The position numbers were made by a program, and so were the translations under genes. A stretch of 64,000 nt of DNA. It comes from Owenia fusiformis. Its lineage: Eukaryota. The stretch lies in the NCBI GenBank assembly GCA_903813345.2, contig CAIIXF020000001.1, positions 3,348,001-3,412,000 on the forward strand. Direction: 5' to 3'. Position 1 is the stretch's first letter. The number at the start of each line of letters is the position of its first letter. The notes below the pieces were generated by a model that was given only the letters and a program-made list of their open reading frames with translations, was not told the origin of the DNA and did no database searches. This document shows positions 23,701 to 35,700 of this stretch, piece after piece.

Positions 23701-26700
23701 ATATTAAAATTTGAAAGCGTTTTCCTTACTTTCCTGGTGCGTCGTAAGCTTTGACCCAGAGGCTCGATGCCAGTTGAATGATTTGGGCCTGCTAATTTTT
23801 TCATCTGATAATGTTTTGATTTGGCCCCTACATCCCAAATCCTTATGACGCATCCTACTTCCTCTTTTCCTAGTTTAATCAACTTTGTACGTGTCATTAA
23901 TACAATGCACTGTGTGTAATTACATCACAATAGAAGTGAAGTTAGATTAAATTCACAATTTGCAAAATATTTTATCTTTCTTACTAGTACTTTGGAAAAT
24001 TGCCTGATGAATTGGAGTTTAAACAAAATGATAATCAGTTGTTTATTTTTGAAATATTATTTGCAGTCTGTTTTGCACAAAAACAAAATTATTATGTTCC
24101 TCCACCGATATTATCAAAAATAGCTTGCATTTATCAGCATGTTAAACATTGAGAAAGCACCAATCTATCAGGCACATTTTATAGTCTGGTGGTCGATGGT
24201 ATTACCCATTTTATTTCACAATCACAATTACACATCCATTTTATGTTAATTGTAATTTTATGTGTAATGGCTTGTAATTGTGAATAAACTACTGTCCAGG
24301 GCTAAAGCTGAAATGAGTTAGAATTGGTTGCTGGTTTGCATCAATATTTTTAGGTGAAAGGGTACTTTTACATTTTGAAATTTTGTATTTGTTTTACTGC
24401 ATAAATGTCTGGCTCATATGCCAAAATGATCTTTTCAGCATGTTTCTCCAAAACAAATGTTTTATCATCTTTGATATTCTTCAGTATCAATGGATGTTTA
24501 TATGAGACACATTCTACCAGCATTATTAATATTTATTTCATTAATAATTAGTTGGTCTTAATAAGTCATTAAAATTATGAAAAAATGTTATTTTATTTTA
24601 GGTCAACCTGGCCTAGGGGGACAGCAGGTTGGTCCCCCAAGAGGAATGCCCCCAGTTGGGATGCCACCGGGCCCACCTGGGGGACTCCCCCCAGTAGGTA
24701 TGCCACCGGGAGCTATGCCTCCAGTAGGTATGCCCCCTGTTGGAATGCCCCCTGCCCAACCGCCTCAAGTGCCCCAACAACAAGGAATAGAAGGAGGAAG
24801 ATCGGAGGGCAGTCCCATCTCAGGCTTCCAATGTCCAGCAAGACCTAACCATGGTGTTGATGGTAGACCCATCATGCTGCGTGCCAACCATTTCCAAGTG
24901 CGTATGCCACAGGGCTTCATACATCACTACGATATTCAAATCACACCAGATAAATGTCCAAGAAGAGTTAACCGGTAAGTACAATATTAATGCATTTGAA
25001 AGATCTAAGTAATTATTATATCACTGTCATATTCCCCACTCTCTTATTGGTCTATACCATACACTTGACTAAAAATAAGAAGGCTTATTCATCGCCCAAG
25101 CACTGAAATTAAAAGAATGAAAGATGCACAAGTATTCACCTCCATAGTATGAAATATTTTTGGATTATCATCCCTTTTGCTGGTATGCTCTGGCTCTGGC
25201 TTTTAAATTCTTCATATATCTTGAAAAATGTTATTCTCTGGCACTTTACGAAAATAAGATGTTCCCCTTCTGTGTATAACATGAGTGTATTTGTTGAAAA
25301 CAGGAAACATATTTTTCCCAACAGGTGCTTATATTTGCCATCTGCTGTTTTCTAATAAAAGAGCTGATTATATGATCTTGACAGTTGACAAGCACCTTCA
25401 TCATTAATATTGGGTTGCTTAATGATTTCTATTTATTTATTTTCTTCCTCGAATGTTATTCATCATTCTTACTAGCCTATATCTTGTTTTGTAATGCATG
25501 TGAAATTATTGATGGTGCAGTAGAATAAACTATGAGTTAACATTTTGACAGTCAACTTCCACCCCTTCCTTGCCAGGTTCACAAAACTGCAAATTTTATT
25601 CTATTATGTTATCTAATGTCCCCTTGTGCCTGCTTTTTAATTAAATAATTTAGTCATTATTTATTTTTATTTTAGTGAAATCATAGAAACAATGGTGCAA
25701 GCCTACAGAAACCAAATATTCAATGGCCAGAAACCAGTATTCGATGGAAGGAAAAATCTGTACAGTCGAGATCCTCTACCAATAGGGCGAGATAAGGCAA
25801 GTGAAATATGTAACCTAGAAACTTTAAGCCATAAAGTCTATATGTCAGTACCCTGCGTGCAGAGTCTAGTTAAACTACACTCTGCCTAGGAGAGACTATA
25901 TTGCAGTTTAGTAGCCCCGCCCCCACGACGGGTACCGGTGACAGTTTGGGTAATAAATCACTTTTGACCTACGCGCTGACCTTTCTTCCACCAATCAGCG
26001 AGCTTGAAAAAACATACGCCAAATGCGTTCTTATTAAATATGCGCATGTCATTGGTCAATTCCGGGCTCAACAATGACGTCAGAAGGAATGACCATATAT
26101 AGAACGTCGGTCAAATTTGGCCGACGAACACTGATTGGCGCGGTGAGTTCACAGGTTTATTTTAGTTTGAAAGAGTGAAGACGAAGCTCTCTTTTAAGAA
26201 GTGAAGTCAAACGAATGCAAAGGGTAATATGTCAGAATTAGAAAATGTTCATACATTCACAAATTGTGTCAACTTTTACTTTGTTTCATAAGTAGTGTAC
26301 TACTGTAAGACATGTGCATATTGAATGCCTATGGAGCTACAAAAACTAGGGAAGTGTCCACTACAGAATTGTTTTCAGTTGAAACATGTGTTCAGTAAAA
26401 TGGAGTGTAGCATGTTTTACTGCACAATACTTCCTATATGTCTGGCTTCAACGTAAATAATATGAATTGAAACCAAACAAACACTTTTATTTTAGATTGA
26501 AGTTGAGGTAACTTTGCCTGGAGAGGGTAAAGATCGTGTATTTAAAGTTGCAATCCGCTGGGTCGCCCAAGTCAACCTATATGCTTTGGAAGAGGCACTT
26601 GAAGGACGAAGCCATGCAATGCCATTTGAAGCAATCCAGGCACTGGATGTCGTCATGAGGCATTTGCCCAGTATGACGTAAGTCTTAATTATAACGAAAT

Positions 26701-29700
26701 AATTATAAGAATATATAATTAAGTGTATATACAGAATATGATTCGGTATGAAACGCTGAATTGGAGATTCTTAAACTAAATAAAATATTCGCTTTCAGGG
26801 TGAATGTTCAGCTTCAGTATTCAGGTTTTTAGGCAAATTGTTTTGTATTAATGTCAAATAATACACAGAAATTCTCATTTAATCTCCAGTGTGACTATTG
26901 GGATTGATTACATTGCTGAGATCAATTTTCTGCTGCCAGTCATGAAGGAAATAATGTTCTAGGCATGATTATGACGCACATGCACCAACATCCTGTAATA
27001 ATTATCCCATCGAATGAAGTTGGGAGGATATAGAGAACGCCTCTGTCCGTCTGTCTGGGCAATAGTTGGAATTCCATTGACCCAATGGCCAATATTGTTT
27101 ATATTTTATAACATATGACATATGCCCTATATGAGTAAAGTTGATTTTGGAAATGGCCACCAGTTTTAAAATAGCCACCATTTTAGTGTCAATTTTACAG
27201 TATTTTAGTTACAATATGTAATTCTGCATTACTTAAAGTAAAAACATGGCAGCCATGTTGAGTGATTTTTTGTTGAAATTTTACGCATGAATACTTGAAG
27301 CATATTACACTAATGACAGTGTAGTGGAGCGATTTTGGTGATATTTTTTATGTGAATTCTTATTAAAACTTTAAAGGCATGTATTACCTAATGACACTTT
27401 GGAAAATATTGGGAGCCATTTCCAGGAAATTATGGCCATTTTTGTTTGTGTTATTCTACATTTTTGCTATAATTGGAAAAGAAATAGAGCAATTTTGTTG
27501 ACACTGTTAAATTATATATCTGCTTTATATGGGCTTATTAGCCTATTGCAGATTATTGACATAGACATATCTTTTAGCAATACATCTATGGTTGCCATTT
27601 TGTGACATGATTTCTAGCAGTGTTGTCTGACACTCAATAGATGTTTGATAGGATCTTTCTCTTTGGCGTTGCTGTTATCTAGTTAGATATCCATTTTCAG
27701 GTCGTTATAGAGAAACCAAGCCTGGTGATTTTCATTACTTGAGTTTTCAATTTTGTGACATTCCTTTTCAGGTCCCTGGAGAGCAGATCAGATTTTCCAT
27801 TGATCTGTGAATAAATGTGCATCATATTAACTGCTTTGATTACTTACTAGGTATACCCCAGTAGGGCGTAGTTTTTTCTCACCCCCAGAGGGTAATTATG
27901 ACCACCCATTAGGCGGTGGGAGAGAAGTTTGGTTTGGGTTCCACCAGAGTGTACGTCCATCTTTGTGGAAGATGATGTTGAACATTGATGGTAAGACTGA
28001 ACTGTGTATATTTCCATGTATTGTTCTATGGTATGTGGCGGACCTGGCTAGCTGGCTTTTTCAATACAGGTGTAGGATGTGGCTACTTTGCATTTTTGAT
28101 AGCATGCATGGATGATCTGTTGTGCTGGTGTTTCTTTCATTATTACCCAAAGCATTCACATCAAGAATTTCTTGTGAAATACAATTCTTTCTGGCTTAAA
28201 CAACAACAATATCAACAATATGTTCACAATTTTTATATATAGTATATTCACATATTTATTTCACAAGATTCACACAGATTGATCTCTCATATTAATCTTG
28301 TGACATCATATATTGGGATGTTCAAAGTCAAATTGTATTTCACTAAGAAGGGAAATCTTGGTTCATACATGTTTGCTTGGTGTGTTTGTCTGCCTGCTTA
28401 TATATATTGGGATTCCATCCCCCAAGTGCACCTAATAAAAGAACTTTAAGGTACACCTTAGGGATGTTCCCTGGAGGTTTAAAAATAGTATTTTTGGTAC
28501 TTTTGTCATTCATAGTTTTCTGAGGTTCTAATTGGCAACAAAAGATATAAAACTTAAAAAATTATATTCTGTTAGTGTGCTTTTTTCCAAGAAATATTTG
28601 ACAAAATTGGGCGTGGCACTACCTCATTGAATCCCATGTAAACAATCAGATTTCACCCGAAACACAATTTGAAGTATTTAACTTTTCTTAAACTCACAGG
28701 AACACTTAGTTATGATATGTACATTACATTTGGAAGAAAGAAAATTTACCAATTAATGTTCATAATTTTCAACTTTGTCCAGGGTACATCCTTAATGGAT
28801 TTAAAAAACAGTGAATTCAAAACATTACAGGCTGGCATCTTGATAGAAATTGAGTTGTATGAATCCATGTTTTTTGGAGCTTGGTGATAGCTTAAGCTTG
28901 GGGATGGCTTTCTTAGTTATAATATAAGCAGGCAGATGCGTCATGTCACCGTTTTTGGTGTACTTTGTTTTAACTTCAATATTATGGTTACCTACAGCTT
29001 TAAAGAAACAATCAATTGAGTAGCCTAATTTGAAGTTTAGCAAAGTGCATATTCAATGACTGCCCCAGGTTCCCATGGTTTTTGTTGCTTGCTTTGAGTT
29101 TTCACCTTTACGTAGTCATGTGTTTAATTGCACAGATATACCCCAGTCGGCCGGTCTTTTTTCTCACAACCGGAAGGCTACAATCACCCCTTAGGTGGAG
29201 GCAGGGAGGTTTGGTTTGGATTCCACCAAAGTATCAGACCAACTCTATGGAAAATGATGCTTAACATAGACGGTAAACAAACGCAATGATATATTATTGT
29301 AATGGCCTTGTTAGTATAAATGCTTTCTTGGATTGGTGCTAGAATCTTAGACATTGTATTAAGTTGTTTTTATGTGTTACTTGGTCCGATGCATGTATAT
29401 AGTAAGATAAACTATTAAGAGGAAAATATTTAAATAATATGTGTTTTTTCGCTGCATATTTACTCTAGTATTCACATATTTCTTTGTTAGTTATGTTGAT
29501 TAATAAAAATACCTAGAGATATGCCTGCCAGTAAAAGAGCAAGATCTCTAGTAATAAAAATTAAAGTGATCAAATTTACTTTGTTTATGCTTATTTGAGG
29601 AAAGCCAGAAGGATGAGGCTGGTAGCATCTAATTTCACAATCTATTTTATTTAGTTTCTGCCACTGCCTTCTATCAGGCACAACCTGTGATAGAGTTCAT

Positions 29701-32700
29701 GTGTAAAGTCCTTGAAATGAGAGATGCCAGTGAACAACGTCGCCCACTTACTGATTCGCAACGAGTTAAATTCACCAGGGAAATCAGAGGTAAATGCTAC
29801 ATTCTGCTTTATTATTTTATTCAGTGTCCGCAACTGCGTTCTATAAAGCTCAGCCTGTCATCGAGTTCATGTGTGAGGTCCTTGACATGCGAGACGCCAG
29901 TGAACAACGACGTCCACTAACTGATTCTCAGAGAGTTAAATTCACCAAGGAGATCAGAGGTAAACAAATAAACAATATCTGTGAGTTGTGAAGCAAACAA
30001 ACAATGTTGTTGCGTGTTGGTGTTTGTAAACGTAGTACTCATAAGTCTTGTATCAAGCCATTGTGTACCCCCCCCCCCCACCTCAGCATTAAATGCTTTA
30101 TGAACCAGTGTAAGACCGATTTGGCAAATTAGAGCGCAGTAGTAGAGACAAGAGAGCAACCCCTTTGCTTTCAATAAAAATATACCACCAGTTATTATAT
30201 GCAGTTCATCTATCCATGTGTAATGCATTCATTTAGGCAATAAAGACGCTAACACCTGACACCTGGCTATTGCCTCATGAATAATTGGTTACACCCAAAG
30301 TACTTACAAATAATCCTCTATGAAAAGAGATATGATAATGGGGGAAATAACCTTGATGCAAGACTATAAACGCATGAAAGTTGATGTAAATATTATCTTT
30401 AATAAAGCTGGAAACTTGCTTGTAAATTTTACAGGTCTGAAAGTGGAGATCACACATTGCGGCACCATGAAACGAAAATACAGAGTTTGCAATGTTACAC
30501 GTCGTCCAGCGCAGACACAATCGTAAGTTAATTTATCAGTTTATCTTGTGGCTGTATTTTTGATGAGTGACTGGATTTGTTATCAAATAACTTGCGTGGT
30601 TAGCCATTTCCCACACTTGTAAGAGTATAGGCAACTTGGATTTAGTGAGTGAATCCATAAATTGGTACATGTACAATTATAACCTGTGAAGTGAACACCT
30701 CCATAACTGGAACACTTTTAAAGGTCACTTACCCATTAGCTTCATGTAAAATGAACTTCTGTACGTGGAATGCCTTCTAAGAGGACCATTTACTATTTAA
30801 AGGTACCAAATGTGTTCTACTTACACAGGTTTTACTGTATATCATAAAATCTACATGTGAAATATGTTTTTTCAGCTTCCCACTCCAGCTTGAATCTGGA
30901 CAAACCGTGGAGTGCACAGTGGCCAAATACTTCTTTGAACGATACAAAATGAAACTTCAGTAAGTATAAATGCAAATTTTTATTGGAACTGGTAGTGTTG
31001 GAATCCCCATGTTGTTGATTATACAGGGTCTTGATAGTTCATCCATGTTCCTCTACATTGAGAAAACGATACCTTCATCAAACTTACTTTGATGTTACTA
31101 TAACAAAATAAGAATAAACATTTAAACTTGTTCAGCATTTTCTTGTCAATGTCAAATGTTTTGATACGATAACATAAAAAAGTGATTTGATTTGTGAATC
31201 CATGTTAAAATTCTTATGTATATTACAGTGAGATGTTTCCTGTTATTTCAGATTTCCTCACCTGCCATGTTTACAAGTAGGTCAGGAACAGAAGCATACC
31301 TACCTTCCCTTAGAGGTATGGAGTTACCTTATCACGAATTAAACCTTATTTAAGAGGCAAATTAATCATTTATATACATACATATAAAATATGAGCTGAA
31401 TAACTTCAACGTCTATGATGAAAAAAAATTAAAAATTACCACGGTGTGTTTTGCTATTATTTGATTCATTGTCAAATGATTATGTGCTTATCTCAGTTCA
31501 CCTTATGATCACCTCAGTTATTCTATAGCTATCAATTCATTTTTCCATGACTATCACTTTATTGTACCACATCTTTCACCTTATTTATTCTGCAAATGTA
31601 CTCCAAATATTATGTTCCACTCAATAGTTTCCTTCCTGAAAAAATATTAGCCTGACTCATTAAAACTCACTCTTAAATTGTGGCCTCGGAGTTAATTTTA
31701 CTCCTAACCTATACTATGTGTATTACATCATGTGCATTATTACATCATGTGCATTATTACATCATGTGAATTAGGTGTGCAGGGTCATTGCTGGGCAGAG
31801 ATGTTTGAAGAAGTTGACTGACAACCAGACCTCCACTATGATCAAGGTAGTTATATTTTTACATGTTTATCTTGTAGGTTTGTGTTATAGTGGCTGGACA
31901 ACGCTGTATGAAGAAACTCACTGACATGCAAACATCAACCATGATCAGGGTATTCTTTTCATTCACATATTATACATGTGTTATATACCTGTTATTAGTA
32001 GCAAGCATGGTAAAGTTTGAACCTATGGACCATACATGCGTCATCGTGTGCTACTCTTAAAAGTGTCATAAATGGATACGTGGTGATTAGATTGCTGTTG
32101 TTAAACTCTGAAATGAGTCATACAGCAAAAGTAAATTTTCTGTATTCACATACAGATTTTTTTGTACATGGTGATGTATTCTTAGCCGCACTTTATTAGC
32201 TGAGAAATCTAATAGTTTAGCCTATTGTATGTAATTATCAAAGAGGTAATTACAAGTACCTATATGTAACCTGAAAAAAGTACAGGTTAAATGAATATGT
32301 TACTGTATGAATTTGTTCCTTCCGAAATTTCGGTTTTCTGAAAATTATGACATTGATATCTGGTAAAAGTTCAAAATCAATTCATGGAAGTGACCCGGGA
32401 ATATGTTGATAAAATGCAATCAACATCTTCATTGCAACCATGTATATCAAACTTCTACCATGCACTATTAGATAAAGTGTAATGTAGCATGCATGAGTAC
32501 ACATTCATCCCTTCTTATCCGCTATTGAAAATTGTGCAATGATACAACTTTTTTATTTAAATAGTGCAATGTTTAGGCAAGCAGAAATTTATTTTAGAAA
32601 GGCCTGCTTTAGTTCAGTTCATTGTTCTACGGAAGTTGTAGAATTTATGTATACTCATGTATTTCTATTAGTCATACTCAAGTAGATAATCGAAATGTGA

Positions 32701-35700
32701 TTATTAAATTTTTGTCTAACTAAGTTCTCTAATTTTTTTATTAAATGTATGAACTCGTATTTCATCAATGAAAATTTGGTCTAGAATCTAGACTGCATGT
32801 TGATTAGATGATTATTCCTATTTGCATGATTTGTTGTCTTTCTTTGAGAATATATCTTCAGAATATGATAAAGGATTCCTTTTCAATATGTAATTCAGAT
32901 TGAAAGTTCTATATACATGTTCATGTGTCAGGTGAGTTGATCTGGATGAATAATAAATATACACATGGATGTCTGGGATATGACAGACCATTGAATCCTC
33001 AAAGCACTAAATCCTTTAGTAGGATTATGAGCCATTTAGGTAGGCATCGGTATAGATTTTGGACATGGTACACATGTAAAAGGCCCAACAGCCAGTTTAA
33101 TCACTGTACACTGCCTACCTAAGTCTTTGTGACTCCTATTTGTGAAGAGTTATTTTATGTCTGACAATTAACATATATTGTATTGTTATATTGTAGGCAA
33201 CTGCCAGATCTGCACCAGATAGAGAGAAAGAGATCAATAGCTTGGTAAGTCAGCATTCCCCATTAAAGTAATTATTACCACTAGGAATACATTCAAGCTT
33301 AAGCAGTCTAAAGGCTCATTGAATTTCCCTGTCTTAATGTTAAATAAATGATATATAAAATGTTATCATATGGACTATCATTGTTGGTAAATGCTTAGAA
33401 GTGAATATACATTGTTCAACACATCAGTGACTGGTGCTTACAAATTGATTGCTTTATACATTAGATACATATCACTTTGTTTTCTCATATACATTTATTA
33501 TACATGTATGTGAAATTGATTATATGCTGGAGATAAAACATGGTAAGATACTCAGATACGCAGCTGTAATTTTGCCAAGCTAGAAATTTTTTGTCCAAAA
33601 TTAAGGTCGAGGATAAATATAAGTTAAATGATCAAACTAGCCTTTCCTTTAACCCTTATCCTCCCAAGACTAGATTGTTTCATGATTCTATACTTCTGCC
33701 ACCAGAAGTTGTGTCGATGCCAAAATTATTTCTCCCAACTTCTTTGTGACCAAAATATTGTTTAAAAATCAATGATACCAGAAACTTATTTGTAAGGTAA
33801 ATAAAGAAAATGTTGGAACATACATATCAGTACATTTTTAAGCATTATGAAATTCCTGACATTTTATTACTTGTCACTGGGAGATAAGGGTTACATAGGA
33901 ATGTTAGTTTTGCCTAAATGTTTAATTTCTTCATTGTACAGTATGCCAGAAGGAGGAATTTTTGTAAGAGTTTACTTGGTTATAATATAAAGCCAACAAG
34001 TTTGACCATTTCCATGTATTTCTATATTCATGTGTTTTTGTGATACACTTTTCGAAACACTCAAAGTTTTAGTTTTTAGAGAATTTTGTCTTTTGCCCAT
34101 TTTTATATCACTTTCTTTTCTTAAATCTTTATATCTAAAAAAAGAGATGATGAATTTTTTTGTCCATTTTTTATCAGTTTCTTTTCTTATAAATTAATAT
34201 CTAAAAAAGAGAAATTAACTTCCAATCTCCTTTCAGTCTACTTCTGTTGCCCTTGTATTACAAAAGTCATCCCCAAGTATCATTCTGCTGTGTTTCTCCT
34301 TTTGATTAAATCTCCTGTCATTAGAATTGTGTTGAAATGATTAGCATTATGTTGTATAACTCAAACAAGCTTAAAATTATATAGAGTGAGCTTGAAAATA
34401 TTTGCACTCCATTCAAATATGTCGGAGAAGTTGACCAGAGTTGACGGGAGGACAGTAATTGCACCCATTGATCTTATTTCTTGCCATGTGCCTAGGTACG
34501 CAAAGCTGACTTCAACAATGACCACTACCTACAAACATTTGGCATCAGCGTGGCGAACGCTATGACCGAAGTTCAGGGTCGTATCTTGCCCCCGCCTAAA
34601 CTACTCTATGGTGGAAGGGTAGGCATACATTATACAACCCCCGATCAAAGACCACAATAATACAGTCATACAGCATAATGAATCAAATTATTTAATTCGC
34701 ACAATAAAATTAATTCTCATCAATGAAGTCAGTTTATTATGCTCCATTCATGTATAGTTTGGGATTTTTCATATAAAGAAATGGTTGCATTTCTTTCAAA
34801 CCATATTATGCTGTGTGTTTAGAAATTATTGTGTCCTTTGATGTTTATTTTTCAGTCTGACTGGCAATAATAGGCTGAGAAACAATGCATATGACATTTC
34901 TGTCAATCCCAGCAGTTGATATGCATATATGGCCTAATATTGCATGTGATATGGTGAGAGGTGTGCAATGGCTGGTCACTCACACTTAACCAATCGGGTG
35001 CCTCTGTCTGTCTACTTATAAGCCGCCATTTCACACCTCATCACCATTGCTGTCTCAGTGAGAGGCATGTTTGTGATATGAAAGGTCCCGTCACTTCTGA
35101 GTGTTCGGAGTGCCCTCTGGTGATGTATGTTTGTGATATCGTGTTTTGCGACCCATTCTGTTGCCATTAGGTTCGTAAAGCTGATTTCAACTCGGATCCC
35201 CATCTACAACTGTTCGGAGTGAGTGTGTCCAACAGAATGGTAGAAGTCCAAGGCAGAGTTATCCCACCCCCCAAACTACTGTACGGAGGAAGGGTATGTT
35301 AAGAAGGACCACGCCTGTGATGCATGCGTTGTTTCAAAATACAGACAAGCTGAATGTTCTGAGCTGCCAATCATCATCTATCCCATAATGCACCTGGTGC
35401 TGTCTGCTCTTTCACTTCCAGATAATTCCCCATTCAAAAACTGTCAATTTTTGGTCTAAGAAGTATTGGAGAAAAAAAATGAAAAACAAGAAATAAAATC
35501 TGTTACATTTTGGGGAAATGTCTTGCAGATGAGAGAGTGGCAGGCATATTGTTATATGTATGTCTTGAGGAAGTGTAGATGTTTTATTCGAAAACCTACG
35601 TGTTTTGTCGAGATTTTCTCTTTGTTTAGTTTGTCTAATACTCTAACATCACTTCATAACCTCTGTACAAGTAATCATCAATCCAAGCACTGTTTTAGAC

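Noticed and set aside
27851-35293. Duplicated Argonaute exons as an assembly or haplotype artefact, or a second gene
   Set aside because: Copies differ at many synonymous sites, flanking introns are unrelated, and duplicated exons alternate with single-copy exons in one collinear gene.
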